From the human T2T-CHM13v2.0 reference genome, Homo sapiens: a stretch of 64,000 nt of DNA. The stretch lies in NCBI RefSeq assembly GCF_009914755.1, contig NC_060935.1. One strand, written 5' to 3'. The notes beneath the pieces are model-generated. The model had not been told where the DNA came from. It saw only the letters and a program-made list of their open reading frames with translations, and searched no databases. The position numbers and the translations under genes are program-made. This document shows positions 1-19,923 of the stretch, in pieces. Positions within the stretch are counted from its first letter, which is position 1. Each line of letters opens with the position of its first letter.

Positions 1-599
1 GTTTACCCCTAGGTGCCTGGGGGATGTGTGTCAGAGGAGTGGGGAGTTTCCCTCCTCAGATGAATCAGCTGTGTGACCTGATCCTCATCCCTGCCAGAGC
101 CCCTCCCAGCCGGCAAGAGTGGGGCGCAGCTGCCCCACTGGGAAAATCCCCCAAATCCTGCCAAAGCTCTTGCTGAAGCGTTCTCTTGACTCAGCTGTTT
201 TAGTCCTCTTTGAGTCTGCCCAAGTTCCAACAGGAGTCAAGTCGGGCAGATTCTCTCCTTCCCTGGACAGACCCTCTGGAGCCTCCTCCCTGGGGTCTGG
301 GGTTTGCAGTATGTGGGAGTGGGAGGAAAAGGAGTTGGGGCTTTTTCCTGGCCTCAGTCACCCTTCCCCTGGTTTTATAAAAGGAGCAGAGCACAGGACT
401 TGTCCAAGTTTGCCCAGCACCCCCTGGGCCAAAGGCACTTCCCTGCTCCAAGGTAGGAACAGGCCAGCCAAATAGGGCAGAACTCACTGCCAGCCTGAGG
501 GGGTGGGTTTTGGGGGGCCATTGACCTGGCAGGGGGCCAGTTCCCACTGTAGACCTGGAGACCCTTCCTGCCCAGTAGGCTTCGTCATTGCACTCTCTA

Positions 600-896
<297 letters not shown>

Positions 897-1414
897 TTAG
901 AAACCAGATGCTGAGTCCTGCAGGGTCTCATCTATCCTTGCAGCCCCCACCCCAACAGCACTTCGATAAAGTGGAGGTTCAACAGTGCATAAGGTGCCCT
1001 GGAGTTGGATGAACTGGGTTTGAATCTTGGCTCTGCCACTTACTTTCTTCATAACCTTGAGCCAATTATTGAACTTGTCTGGGTCTCAGTTTCCTCTTTT
1101 GCAAAATGGCAATAATAATAGAGCCAGGTGAAACTTAGATGAAATCATGTAGGTAAACGCTTAGCACCGTGCCTGGCTCTTGTCATGAATAGAATGAGGA
1201 AACTGAGGCCCAGAGAGAGAGTGGCTTTCATTCACTCACTCATTTATTCAAGAATGTTTGGCTGAGTGCAGGGGCTCATATTTGTAATTCCAGCACTTTG
1301 GGAGGCTGAGGTGGTAGGATCGCTTGCGCCCAGGAGTTCAAAGCTGCAGTGAGCCATGATCATGTCATCGCATTCCAGCCTGGGCAGCATAGCAAGACCC
1401 TATCTCAAAAAAGA

Positions 1415-1830
<416 letters not shown>

Positions 1831-3924
1831 CTAGGGGACATGCCTGCAACACTTGGGGTGAGGAAGGATCCGGAAGCATCCTGAAGAATTACACCTGAGC
1901 CAGTGGGTCTGCAACGTGGCGCCAGCCAGGGAAGTGGGCGAGGGTAAGCTAAGCAGAGGCTACGGCACCAGCAAAGGCGTGAAAGTGAGAAAGGCCACCA
2001 TGTGTACAAGAAAGTCACACGCAGCTCAACGTTCTTGGACAAGGAGTGCAAAGCAGGGAATGGAGATGGGATGAGGCAGAAGGGTCCAGCAGGGGCTGGA
2101 GTCGCCAATTACCTCATTCATTCATGTAATAACTTACGGAGTCGTTGTTCTGGCCAAGCACTGTGGTAGGCTCTGGGAACAGGGCTGAGATCTAGCCACT
2201 GTTCCTGCCTTCACAGAGCACAGTGTGGGCATGGGGCTTAGGGGCCAGCAGGAGACAGACATCAAGCCATTACACAAGTCACCACACACTCTGGCCATCA
2301 GGGCTGCAAGGCAGGTGCTCGAGCAGAAGGAACAGCCCGAGGCCCAGGGCTGTGCACCAGGGGGTGAAGGAAGTAACAGATGGCTCCAGCTGGGTGAGCA
2401 TGGGCAGAAAGGGGTGCCCGAGGGAAGCGGGGAAGTCTATGGGAACCAGGTCACGGCCAGTGCAGGAGAGCAGACTCCATCCTGCAGGCTGTGGGGAGCC
2501 ATGGAAGGGCTTTTGGCAGGACATGGCCACTCTGCAGGAGGGATCTGTTGACCTGGCTGTGGAGAACGGAGCGGGGACAAGAGGAGGGTGGAAGTGGCTT
2601 GGGAGACGGTGAGTTGTGGGCTGGGGCAAGGCACAGGGATGAAGAGGGGCTGTGTGTGTGACACACTCAGCTATGGAAGAAGCCAGTGCTGTTGACCCCA
2701 CTTGGGCATCTCTGTGGGACCCATGAGGTACCTTGGCCCACTTTGGTGGAGTGCAAGGCCCTGGCAGCCCGAGGGAGGCAGAGCACCAGGCTCCAACTCG
2801 GAGACCACCCAGCTCTGGGGACTTCCCAAGGCTGGGCAGAGGGGGACTCAGCCCTGGGGAAGCTCAGGGTGGGGAGGAAGCTGGAGAGAGCACTGAGCCA
2901 GCATCTCATGACTCAGCCACTTCCACCCAGTCAGCCCGGTGGCATCTCCGCTCCCCTGCTCTAAATTCCGATTCGGTGAGACTGCTGGAGGCTGAGTCAG
3001 TCCCGGCACGGCACGAGAGCTGTGTCCCAAGGGGCTCCCTGCCAGACACCCTGGCCCCCAATCAAGGCCAGGGCCAGGCACGGGGCTGGAGAGGTGGCGG
3101 GGTGCAGGAGCCAGGCTCCGAGGCTACAGCAAGTCCCAGCAGAGTGGGGCGGCCCAGTGAGATCACGTAAGTGAACATGCTTTGTGAGTTATGAAAAGCT
3201 CCCTGTTTTCCTCAGTGGGCTCAGGGACCTCATTGCCCGAGGAAGGGACTGGGATGCAAGTCCTAGCTCTGCCCACCTCATCGCATGACACTGAGAAAAC
3301 TCCTTTCCCCTCTTGGCTTCAATTTCCTTGACCACAGAATGGGGCCAACATCTCCCAAAGGGGTTGGGAGAATTAAATTTAATGCATATGAAAGCGCTTT
3401 GCAAACTGTCTAGTGGGCCCTATGATGGTCAGGGTGGTAGGAGAGGAGAGTATGAATGGCAGGGCTTCCAGAGAGACTACCTAGGGTTGTGCAGGTTGTT
3501 CACTGCACAAGGATGTCTAGCCTAGGGTGCTGAAATCCAGCCCATCCCATCCTCTGCTCCCCAAACCGCGTACCCCGGCCTAGGACTGCTTGGACTTGGT
3601 ACCTTTCTCTAATATGCACAAATGCACCCTGAGGGCTAGCAGTGGCCCCTTAGACGTTCCTGGAGGGGTCAACCCCTGGAATTATGGGAAATCTCTGAGA
3701 AACTGATTACGGATGGAGGGGAAGTGGGGCTGGTTTTGCAGAGGTTCTTAGAGACAGTGCCTAACCTCAGCAGTGAGGCACAACTTATTGCTAGGGGCAG
3801 CTATGGGGGCCTGGCCGGGTCAAGGGGGTAGTCTCTCCTGGCCCTGCCCCTCCCTAGCAACGAAAGCAGGTAACCACCAAGACAGTATTTTAAAAAACAC
3901 TCAAGACACAGACCCAAGCCGGGT

Positions 3925-3930
3925 TTTATT
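3925..3930 (-). terminator. C11orf68: AATAAA polyadenylation signal of C11orf68
   Basis: TTTATT on + strand ~600 nt downstream of the stop, with T/GT-rich sequence beyond it on the minus strand. Confidence 0.8.
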
Positions 3931-4536
3931 GAAATGCCAGGAGCAGGCACATGTCAAAGTAGCCAAGGAAGGGGGGACAGTGGTACAGGCTGTGTAAGTT
4001 GGCAGGGATGGGCAAGCCTCATGTCCATGGTCCTGGCATCCCCTCTGCCAGGGGATAAGTAGGCACAACTACCCTCCCCTCAAAATGGCATGCTCAGGCC
4101 AGTGGGGCCCCTACCCCTGGACCATGAAGGCTCCAAGAAGGGCTGGAAGCACTAAGTTTTCTCTCTCCTGAGGGGGAAGGAAAGAAGGGGAGATGCAGGA
4201 GGAAGGGGAGGTATAGCGGGGGATGAGCGTTCCAAGAAGTCTCTCCTTCTAGGTGTCTGCACCCAACTCATGGTGCTGGGCAGTGGAGAGGAGCAGCATT
4301 ACAAAGGGAGGCTGAAGGCTCATCCCTCAGGGAACCGGAGCCCCCCAGCCTGTGGGGCTTGTGTCAGCCCTGAACAGAGGGCAGAAGTTCAAGGGGACTG
4401 AAGATGCAGGTAGTTCCCAAGTGACCTAGGAGTCCCCAGAGCTGGGGGGTGTGGCCTTCATGGGACAAGGAGGAAGACAGGAGGATCCAACCCCAGCATG
4501 GAGGGGGGAGTGGGCAGTCTCCCCAATTTGGCCCCT

Positions 4537-5397
<861 letters not shown>

Positions 5398-5986
5398 TCA
5401 GTTGCCTCATCTTTACAATGGGATAACAACTGTTCCTGTCCCGTAGATCTGCTATGAAAATTAGATGCCTGAGGAGTCAGCGCTCCAGAAGGGTTGCTGC
5501 AGTTATTACTATTCTCCTTGACTTACAGAAAAGGAAACTGAGGCTGAGAAAAAGGACTTGCCCAAGGTCACACCTGTAGTGCGTGGCAGGGCCGAAGGGT
5601 GAATCCAGGCGTGGGAGCAACCAGCCCCAGCTACACCTCCCGGCCCTGCCAAGGCCCCCTTTTCCTGGCAGGTATCCGGTGCGCTGGCATTTAATAGAGG
5701 AACGCAAAGAAGCGCACGTTCGCGCAGCTCCCGAGGCCGGCTCTGTAAGGCCAGGCCTCCCAGGCAGGCGTTATCGGGCCCACTTAAAGACGAGGACGCT
5801 GAAGTCCAGAGAGGTTACAGGCCGTTCCGAGGCCAATGGGGCGGTTCCCAGACTCGAACCTGGGCTTGTTAGAGCCTGCAGGAGAGCCAGGCTCCGGCCG
5901 TGCCGCGCCCGCCGCCATTAACGCCCACGGGCCCGAGCTGTGCTCCCGCCCCGGCCCTGCCCTGCCCCTCCCGCCGCCCGCAGTCA

Positions 5987-6400
<414 letters not shown>

Positions 6401-6579
6401 CTAGGGCCCTGCGAGCGGCGTCTTAACCGGCGGCGCTAGGACTCCGCGGGAAACGGCGGGGGCGGAGCGGGCGGCACCAGGACCCAGGGGAACCGCGACG
6501 GGCGGGCGGCGAGCAGGCCCGGGAGCCGGGAGGCTGCGGGCGGCGGCGCTGGACCCGACGCGGCGAGAGAGGCCCCGAG

Positions 6580-6621
6580 ATGCCGAGCAAGAAGAAGAAG
6601 TACAACGCGCGGTTCCCGCCG
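6580..6621 (+). CDS. DRAP1: DRAP1 exon 1
   Basis: MPSKKKKYNARFPP, donor CCG|GTGAGC. Confidence 0.96.
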
Positions 6622-6857
6622 GTGAGCACGTGGCAGAGCCCGGCAGGAGTGGGCCCGGCTCCCGGGTGGCTTGGGCCCAGTTCCCGCTGGGCAGGCGGGC
6701 GCGCCGCGGTGTTCGGGGGCCTGGACGCCCCGCCCCCTCCATGCCCTCCCCGCGTCCGTGTCCCCCGCCCCCTTTCTCCGGGGATGCCCCTTCCTCCCCC
6801 AGCACCCCCTTAGGGGACGGTGGCGACGGGGTCTGAACTCTGCTCCCCCACCCGCAG

Positions 6858-6930
6858 GCGCGGATCAAGAAGATCATGCAGACGGACGAAGAGATTGGGA
6901 AGGTGGCGGCGGCGGTGCCTGTCATCATCT
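6858..6930 (+). CDS. DRAP1: DRAP1 exon 2
   Basis: CAG|[27 protein letters not shown], donor T|GTATCCTG (U12-type). Confidence 0.96.
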
Positions 6931-7025
6931 GTATCCTGCCGGGGGCGGACCGGGTCGAGGGGCGTGGGGGAGGGAGGCAGCGGGTCGCCCTCTCCTGCCC
7001 CGGAGTTCTCCTTGACGCTCCTCAG
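6931..7025 (+). other. DRAP1: U12-type (minor spliceosome) GT-AG intron, 95 nt
   Basis: 5' site GTATCCTG; branch site TCCTTGAC at 7009-7016, branch A 10 nt before the 3' AG. Confidence 0.9.
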
Positions 7026-7119
7026 CCCGGGCGCTCGAGCTCTTCCTAGAGTCGCTGTTGAAGAAGGCCTGCCAGGTGACCCAGTCGCGGAACGCGAAGA
7101 CCATGACCACATCCCACCT
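7026..7119 (+). CDS. DRAP1: DRAP1 exon 3
   Basis: (S)[30 protein letters not shown](L), donor CT|GTGAGC. Confidence 0.96.
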
Positions 7120-7420
7120 GTGAGCGGCGAGGAGCCGGGAGGGGCCGGCGGGTTTGGCGCGGGGAGTTCACACACTGAGGAAGGCAGAGCCTGGGTGGCG
7201 AGGGAGGTGGGCGGCAGCCGGGACACCAGCAAGGCCACAGACTGGCAGAGGAGAGGCTGGGCTTCCAGGCAGAGGGAGCCACCTGAGTAAAGCAGGGCAG
7301 GCCCGGGAGCGGAGATCGGCCCGGGCTCCAGCCTGACATCTGGGGCCCCTTGCTGCCACCCACTGCGGGTTTGGGTGTCTGGGCCCCTCTTGAGTGCCAG
7401 CCCCTCCTCACCTCTTCCAG

Positions 7421-7540
7421 GAAGCAGTGCATCGAGCTGGAGCAGCAGTTTGACTTCTTGAAGGACCTGGTGGCATCTGTTCCCGACATGCAGGGGGACG
7501 GGGAAGACAACCACATGGATGGGGACAAGGGCGCCCGCAG
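7421..7540 (+). CDS. DRAP1: DRAP1 exon 4
   Basis: [43 protein letters not shown] bounded. Confidence 0.96.
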
Positions 7541-7646
7541 GTGGGGCCAGGGCCTGGCATACAGTGGGGAAGGCCAAGGCCACAGGGCTTGGGGGTGGCC
7601 AAGGAGTAGGGAGCACTCCGGGCAGATGGACTGTACCTTCCCAAAG

Positions 7647-7740
7647 GGGCCGGAAGCCAGGCAGCGGCGGCCGGAAGAACGGTGGGATGGGAACGAAAAG
7701 CAAGGACAAGAAGCTGTCCGGGACAGACTCGGAGCAGGAG
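7647..7740 (+). CDS. DRAP1: DRAP1 exon 5 (alternative in-frame acceptor would start it at 7626)
   Basis: [31 protein letters not shown], donor GAG|GTGAGT. Confidence 0.93.
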
Positions 7741-7961
7741 GTGAGTGAGGCCCCAGCCCTTCGCCCTGCCCTTGGTGATGGGACAGGCAGCCTCGCCCCA
7801 GGCTGAACTGGCAGGAGGCCAGCTCTCATCCTTTTCTGCAACCTGTTTGCTCACTGGTTTATTTGTAAATTGGGGCTATGAGGGTCTACTGCTGTCCCTG
7901 CCACTCCCAGTGATGGGTTCGTGTCTTTTCTTGTCAACTCTGACCTCTGCGGTGCTCACAG

Positions 7962-8050
7962 GATGAATCTGAGGACACAGATACTGATGGGGAAGAGGAG
8001 ACATCACAACCCCCACCCCAGGCCAGCCACCCCTCTGCCCACTTTCAGAG
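7962..8050 (+). CDS. DRAP1: DRAP1 exon 6
   Basis: [33 protein letters not shown] bounded. Confidence 0.95.
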
Positions 8051-8407
8051 GTGAGCAGCCCAGAGGCATGGGAGGGTGCTGGCAGACTCCCCAGAGCCAA
8101 CTTACCCCTCTTGTTCTCCCTGGCCCCTTGGTCTTGTTGATTGTGGCAGATTTGTGGGGTGGAAGGAGAATAACTGAGGAGGGCTTGAAGGCAGGAGACT
8201 GTTCTCCCGAAAGATCCTGCTCCACCCTGCCAGGGCCCGTGGGTGGGGCCTGGGCCTGCCCTGCGTGAGCTGCCCTGGGCCTTGGCCGCATGGATCTGGA
8301 GGGTGGTGGTGGGAGGGTCAGATGGGGGAGGGAGGGTCTTGGCAGCTGCCCCTGTGGAGGGCACGGTGGGGCTCAGGCCTGACTCTCTCCTGCCTTCTGC
8401 CCTGCAG

Positions 8408-8513
8408 CCCCCCGACACCCTTCCTGCCCTTCGCCTCTACTCTGCCTTTGCCCCCAGCGCCCCCGGGCCCCTCAGCACCTGATGAAGAGGACGAAGAAGA
8501 TTACGACTCCTAG
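8408..8513 (+). CDS. DRAP1: DRAP1 exon 7 (last coding)
   Basis: [37 protein letters not shown] at 8511-8513. Confidence 0.96.
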
Positions 8514-8600
8514 CGCCTTCTGCCCCCCAGACCATAGCCCCTTTTAGTTGGTTTTAGTTGCTCTGGGGGGAGGAGAGAAGGTAGAGCTGTTCTTAAATTT

Positions 8601-10610
<2,010 letters not shown>

Positions 10611-10720
10611 ACCTTCCTAAAAGTTTTACTTAATCTTTATCTATCTATTGAGACCCTATTGCACACCAGACACTGTTCTAGGTAGTAGCGATCAAGTGAA
10701 CAAAATGTTCTTGGAGTTTA

Positions 10721-11423
<703 letters not shown>

Positions 11424-12964
11424 TGAGCCACAACACCCAGCTTTGGGGGGCCAGCATTCTTAACTGAGTTCAGGCAAGACTCTGGTGACAGTGAGCATGG
11501 AGTGGGCGGGCTCACAGCCTTCCGTGGGGAGAGGGCTCCAGGGAGAGGGAACAGCAAGGGCAAAGTCTGGGAGAATTGGATTTAATCTGTCAGTTTCCCT
11601 GTGGTCTCCTCTGCTCCCACTGCGTCAGCCACCACCCAGGGCCTGACTCAGGGGCCACCAGCTCTGGACTCAGCCCACCTTAGCTGGGAGGTGTCCTTGT
11701 GGCACTGACAGCCCCTTGGGCCTGAGAAGCTTGGTGCAAAGGGAGAAGGAAGAAGCATGGGGCACCTACCACACCCCTGCCCTGGGTGCTGCTGGACCTG
11801 GGGCCCCAGAGGCTGGGGAAGGAGGCAGAAGGGGAAGGAGAGTTGAATGACTGAGTGAACCTGCTCGTCCTCTCCCAGCCTCATCCCTGGCCTGGTCAGG
11901 GAGCTGACGTGCTATGGGATCTCTTGATTTCCCCTTTCCCTCTCTGGGCTTTGCCCTCCACAGCCATGAAATAGGTCTGCGGATGCCTCCCCCGTGGTTG
12001 ATGGGAGGCAGGAGGCGTTGCAGCAGCACGTTGCTCTGTGCTTGTCAGGTGTGAGGCCACCATCAGTTTCCCTGCACCCCCGAGCCCTCCTCTAGGAGAG
12101 ATGTCCTCATACCCCCACCTTATGGATGAGGAGACTGAGGCTCTAGAAGTGACATAGTGGCCCAGAGGTAGGCAGGGGTTTGGTCTAGGCATGTATGTCG
12201 TCCAGGACTTGGAGAGGTGGAGTTAACAGCTTAACCCCCAATACACACCCGAGGGCCATCCCTTTCTCTGGAGCAGGGACACTTGGCTCCAGGACATAGA
12301 CACGACCAAATTCCCACTCAATTAGGCTATGGGCCCTGAGGCAGGGGACTGGCACCCGTGCTCTGAACAATCTACCAGGGGCCTGGTCCCTCCCCTCTTT
12401 GGTGCAGGGCCTTTGATGAGAGTGGGTCTGGACTTTCTCGGGGGGCTCCTTGTATCCGGAGAGTGACAGGGCTATGTGACTGCCACCTCCCATCATCAGA
12501 GTGAACTATTTCTATTCTGAAATCCCATTTTTCCTATTGTGTGTTCAAATGTCGTTTTAAAAAATGGAATAAGGACTAAGATTTTTGCCAGTAATCAGAG
12601 AGCTGCAAAGAAAAACAGGATCCCACACAATGCCCATCAGATAAAACTGAAAACCGGATAAAACCTGTTGCTAGTGAGGATGCCAGTGAATGGAATTCTG
12701 GCATTTGGTAGGCATGTAAGTTAGTGGGGATGTTTGAAAGGGCATTTTGGCAGTTGTGTGTCCCCTGGCAGGTCCACTCCTGGGTTAAACCTCTCACAAG
12801 CAGAGAGATGTGTCCTAGGCATGGTTTGAGGTGGCAGAAAAATCAGTGTCCATCAATGGAGAACTGCCTGGGCAGAAGGCAACAGGGATAGAGCTTAAAT
12901 GCAGAGTGCTGAGTGACAAATAGTCAAATAGAGAACAAGAAACAAAAAACGCAGACATACATGA

Positions 12965-13246
<282 letters not shown>

Positions 13247-13597
13247 TAGCCATGTTGGCCAGGCTGGTCTCAAATTCCTGATCTCAAGTGATCCGTCAGC
13301 CTCGGCCTCCCAAAGTGCTGGGATTACAGGCATGAGCCACCGTGCCTGGCCTGTTTTCTTTTATAAATAAATAAAAGAAAGGCAAGGGAATGGTACTTGT
13401 GATCCAGACCCTCCACCACGGGTCTGGTCCCTCCCCTTTTTGGTACAGGGCCTTTGATTAGGGTGGGTCTGGACTTAAACACAGGTGTGTGTGTGGAACA
13501 GGGCATGGAGAGGTGAAGTTAACAACCTATCCCGCCACACCTGAGGCCATTCCTTCCAAGTTGCAGGGATGCTCGGCTCCAGAACATGGACGAGACC

Positions 13598-13751
13598 GTA
13601 TAGATACAAATATATATGTATATGTCTCTATATACACAAATATATGTATTTTTATATGTATATGTGTGCCTATATATGTGTGTATATATATGTGTGTGTG
13701 TGTATGTGTGTGTATATATATGTACACACATATATATATGTATATATATAT
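13598..13751. repeat. Compound (TA)n/(TG)n microsatellite
   Basis: Directly visible. Confidence 0.9.
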
Positions 13752-13758
13752 TTTTTGA

Positions 13759-14065
<307 letters not shown>

Positions 14066-14384
14066 TAGTAGAGACAGGGTTTCTTCATGTTGGTCAGGCT
14101 GGTTTCAAACTCCTGACTTCAGGTGATCCGCCCGCCTCGGCCCCCCAAAGTGCTGGGATTACAGGCGTGAGCCACCTTGCCCAGCCTATCTCTATTTTCT
14201 AATCTGTAAAACGGGGATCATAATAGCACCTCCTTCAGGGACATGTGATGGTTTCATGAGATATGATATGTAAGTCGCTCAGCACAGTGCCTGGCATACA
14301 GTAAGCACCCAATAAATGGTGCCTGCTGTTATGGACATTTATGGAAATAAGATCCTGGAAAGCAGATTGGAAGGGCATGTACTA

Positions 14385-14984
<600 letters not shown>

Positions 14985-17190
14985 TCAGTCACTCAAGAAA
15001 TATTTGCTGAGTACCTACTCTGTGCCGGGCCCTGCTCTGGGCTTGGGGAAGGTGAACTCAGAGAAAACACACAGAGCCTCTGCTCCCTAGCTCAGTCCAG
15101 TTGGGGGAAGGGGCAGCAGACTGATGGTAAACAAATAGGTACATTCACGCCTCTCCAGGGGTAGTGGGGAGAGGGGACCCCGAGGAGGCCAGCGTGTTGA
15201 AGCCGCAGCAAGCAAGTGGGTGGGCAGGGCCCTGGTTCCTCCAGGGGGGTGCGGCTGCCCTGTTTTTAGCCACAGATGCTCTTCCATTCCAGCCTGGTGC
15301 CCAGAGTCGGTTTCACTTTCCTCTTACCCGTTTTCTTAGAGTTTGGTTTCTGTTTTGTGGGTTCCCTGCCCCCCTTCCGCCTTTGTCTGGAGTTGCAGAT
15401 TAGCCTAGTGGTTCTCAACCCTGGCTACATCTTAGAACCCTGGGGAGCTTTTTTTTCTTTTTTTCTTTTTTTTTTTTTTGAGACAGGGTCTCATTCTGTC
15501 TCCCAGACTGGAGTGAAGTGGCGCGATCTTGGCTCACTGCAACCTCTGCCTCCCAGGTTCAAGTGATTCTCCTTTCTGCCTCAGTCTCCCCAGTAGCTGG
15601 GGAGGCTACTCGCCACCACGCCTGGCAATTTTTTGTATTTTTAGTAGAGACAAGTTCTCACCATGTTGACCAGGCTGGTCTCAAACTCCTGACCTTAAGT
15701 GATCCACCCGCCTCGGCCTCCCAAAGTGCTGGGATTACAGGCCTGAGCCACTGTGCCCGGCCGACCCTGGGGAACTTTAAAATACCCATATCTGGGCCTG
15801 TCTTCAGTTAGATCAGAAGCCCTGAAGATGAGCCTTCCCAAACTCTGGTCTCGTCTTCTTAACTCGGTGAGAACAACGGTTGCCCTCCCAGTGCAGTGGT
15901 AGGAAAATCACCTATGCAATGTCAGGGCTCCTCCCCTTTATCTTCCGTTTTTCAGGGATCACAGCCCTGAGCTGCCCTTTGTCTAATATCTGAAAACACT
16001 TGTTTCCTGTGCTTTGTCCAGTTTCTTAGCTGTTTGTAGAAAAAGGGCAATTTCAGTTCACCTTACTTCCTCAAGGCCAGAACCTAGAGTCCCTCCTCAT
16101 CCTTTGAACTCCCCAAGTCCTTCACCTGTCCCCTCTCCAAGTTTCTTCCCATGCTCTGGCTGGGATAACTGTGCTTGCAGGTTTCACCTCCACTTCTGGA
16201 AAGCGCCCCTCTTGGGGACACAGGGCCTGTCGGATTCACGTCTGTGTCTCCAGGATGTCTCACAGGGCCTGGCACGTGGTAGGTACGTGGTGGGCATGTT
16301 TTTGTGCATGGGTCTGCCCTGCCCTTCTTCCTTCAGGCCACCCCAAATCATATCCGTATCCCTAGAGAACTGACGCCCACCCCACTCCAACCAGGTGGCA
16401 CCTCCAGGACCGCTGGTCAAGATACCCTCCCCACGGCCATTGGTCAGGGGTGGCCGTGAGACTCAAGACAGCACATGTGGCCGGGTGCAATCGCTCACGC
16501 CTGTAATCCCAGGACTTTGGAACGCTGAGGCAGGCAGATCACCTGGGATCAGGAGTTCAAGACAAGCCTGGCCAACATGGCAAAACCCCATCTCTACTAA
16601 AAATACAAAAATTAGCTGGATGTGGTGGTGGGTGCCTGTAATCCCAGCTACTCAGGAGGCTGAGGCTGCAGAATTGCGAGAACCTGGGCAGTGGAGGTTG
16701 TAGTGAGCCGAGATCGCACCACTGCACTCCAGCCTGGGCGATAGAGCAAGACTCCGTTTTTTAAATAAATTACCCAGTTCCAGGTTTTCTGTTATAAGCA
16801 ACAGAGAATGGGTGAAGACATTTATTTTTATCTTTAATAATGTATTTAGGCCAATTGTATGCTAGAGAGACCTGACTACTACAAGACATCATTGTATGCT
16901 TGCCGAATAAATGAAATACCATTGATTAATTTGCAAACCACATTCCCAGTGCACCTGAGGTGGCTTCCAACAAGAACAAGGAAGGTAAAATTTAAAAAAC
17001 AGAAATGGAGATTCAAGAATGTGGATGGGTGCAGTGGTATACACCCGTGCTACCAGTGGTGCACTCCCAGCTACTCTGGAGGCCCGAGGAGGGAGGATCA
17101 CTTGAGACCAGGAATGTGAGTCCAGACTGGGCAACATAGCAAGATCTTATCTCTAAAAACAAAAAATTTTAGGCCGGGTGTGGTGGCTCA

Positions 17191-17534
<344 letters not shown>

Positions 17535-17988
17535 TCACTTGAGGCCAGGAGTTTGATACCAGCCTAGGCAACATAGTGAGACCCTGTCTCTAAAAAAATT
17601 ATTAAAAAATTTTTTAAATAAAATAATAAAATATAATTAAAAGAGAAAATAAAGATCAGAAACAATAGCATACATATATAAATATGCAACCCATAAAGGC
17701 CTGTAAAAGTGCTTTATTAATTCAATATCAAATTTAGTTCTGAGCTTTCTGGCAGCCAAAGCAAAAAACTTTTTTTTTTTTTTCCGGAGAAAACTTCTTC
17801 AGTGGAAAGAAATTTTTTCCTAGACTTTAGCTGCAAAAGAACAGTTTCAGATGGGGCCTGCGGTGTGATGTGGTGAAGGCCAATCTCAGCCGCATTCGCA
17901 CAGCCAAAGCCTGTAATAAGCCTCCCACAATGAGTCCTTGGAGAATGGGTCCAGGCGATTCAGTTGTTCTCATTTGGGCTCGCCTTGA

Positions 17989-18450
<462 letters not shown>

Positions 18451-19815
18451 TGAATGGTGGTGGGCCCAGGCTCAGACCTCTCCCCTGCCCTCCCTTCCCC
18501 TCCCTTCCCCTCCCCTCCCACTTCCTGGATGACAGGCCACTGTTTCCACCCCAGGCCCTCCAGTCTAATTTCTACTCACAGCCAGAGGGAGTGCAGCCAT
18601 TACATCTTATGCTGCCATTTCCTCATCGTCCTGTGATCACCTAAAGTTACTAAACAAATCTCTATTAAAGTGCCCAGTTTTGTGTAGTGGCCAAATCCCA
18701 GAACTTGATTTAGAATGAAGTATTCTTGGGCTGGGCATGGTAGTACGCACCTGTAGTCCCAGCTGGTCGTGAGGCTGAGGCTGCAGGGATCGCTTGAGTT
18801 TGAGGCTGCAGGGACCCAAGATAGCACCACTGCACTCAAGCCTGGGCAACAGAGCGAGAGCTTGTCTCAAAACAAACAAACAAACAAACAAACAAACAAA
18901 AAAAACGAACACAGCTTTTTCCACTTCTGGCCATTGCAGCCCCCACTGATAAGGAGTCAGGGAAGTCGGGTCTGCGCCTCTCCCTGGCCCCATTCCCAGG
19001 CTTGAGAAGACGCTGCCTTTGGAGAACAGGGAGGGAGGGCAGTGGGTGCAGAGAGTGCATCCTGGATTGACACTGGTGTAAGATGGCATCTCACTCCTTG
19101 GGTGGCAGCTGTCTAAAGCTGGCTCCTGCCCTCAGGGGTTTTATGGGCTCCCTTATGTACTACCCCCTTGACTGAAACTCCTGGCAAAGGGGCAGCCCCT
19201 CTCTGTTGACTGGCTCTGGTTTTCTTTCAAGTGGCATGCACTACCCCACTCTGTTGCATACCCTGTGCCAGAGAAAACAAGCCCGTGGGGCCAGACCCCT
19301 TTTTCCATTCCTGCGGTCCAGTGCCCACTGCAGGTCACCTCCTTTCTGGAGGCCTTTCCTACCAATGACCCACGGGGGTGCCATGACTGCAGGAAGCCCA
19401 CCTCAAGCGCTCTGGGGGGCTTCCTTGAAGCACTTCTCACCAGATTTGAGGTTAGAAGGCAGCTCCCCAGCTCCACCCCCTGCAGACTCACTGCCATAGC
19501 AGCTCTTTCCAAATCAAATCACCGCAAACTGCCCCTTTCAAATCCACCCTCGATCCCTTTATACTCTTGCGGTGGATGAGGGGCTTCGACAGTGGCAACA
19601 TGGGTTTCTGCTTTCTTTAAAATTTTGCAATTTGGCCAGGAGCAAGCACTTCACTTTGGCATTTCATATCCATTCCATTCTAGAGCCTCAGTCAAATATT
19701 CTTGCACGCTGTTCATCCTTAGGACAAACCCAGAATCCTTTCCCTGGCTCCCAGGCCCCACGTGATCTGACTCTTGAGCACCCCCCCATGGAGGTTTATT
19801 TATTTATTTTTTTGA

Positions 19816-19923
<108 letters not shown>

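Larger units (their letters stand above)
6580..8513 (+). other. DRAP1: DRAP1 (NC2-alpha, Dr1-associated corepressor) gene model, 7 coding exons, 618 nt = 205 aa
   Basis: join(6580..6621,6858..6930,7026..7119,7421..7540,7647..7740,7962..8050,8408..8513) gives [50 protein letters not shown]... histone fold, acidic/Pro-rich tail ...[10 protein letters not shown]. Confidence 0.98.

Noticed and set aside
6810-7841. 343-aa antisense ORF over DRAP1, and other long ORFs in the CpG islands
   Set aside because: Stop-poor shadow frames of GC-rich DNA; low-complexity Pro/Gly/Ala/Arg translations.
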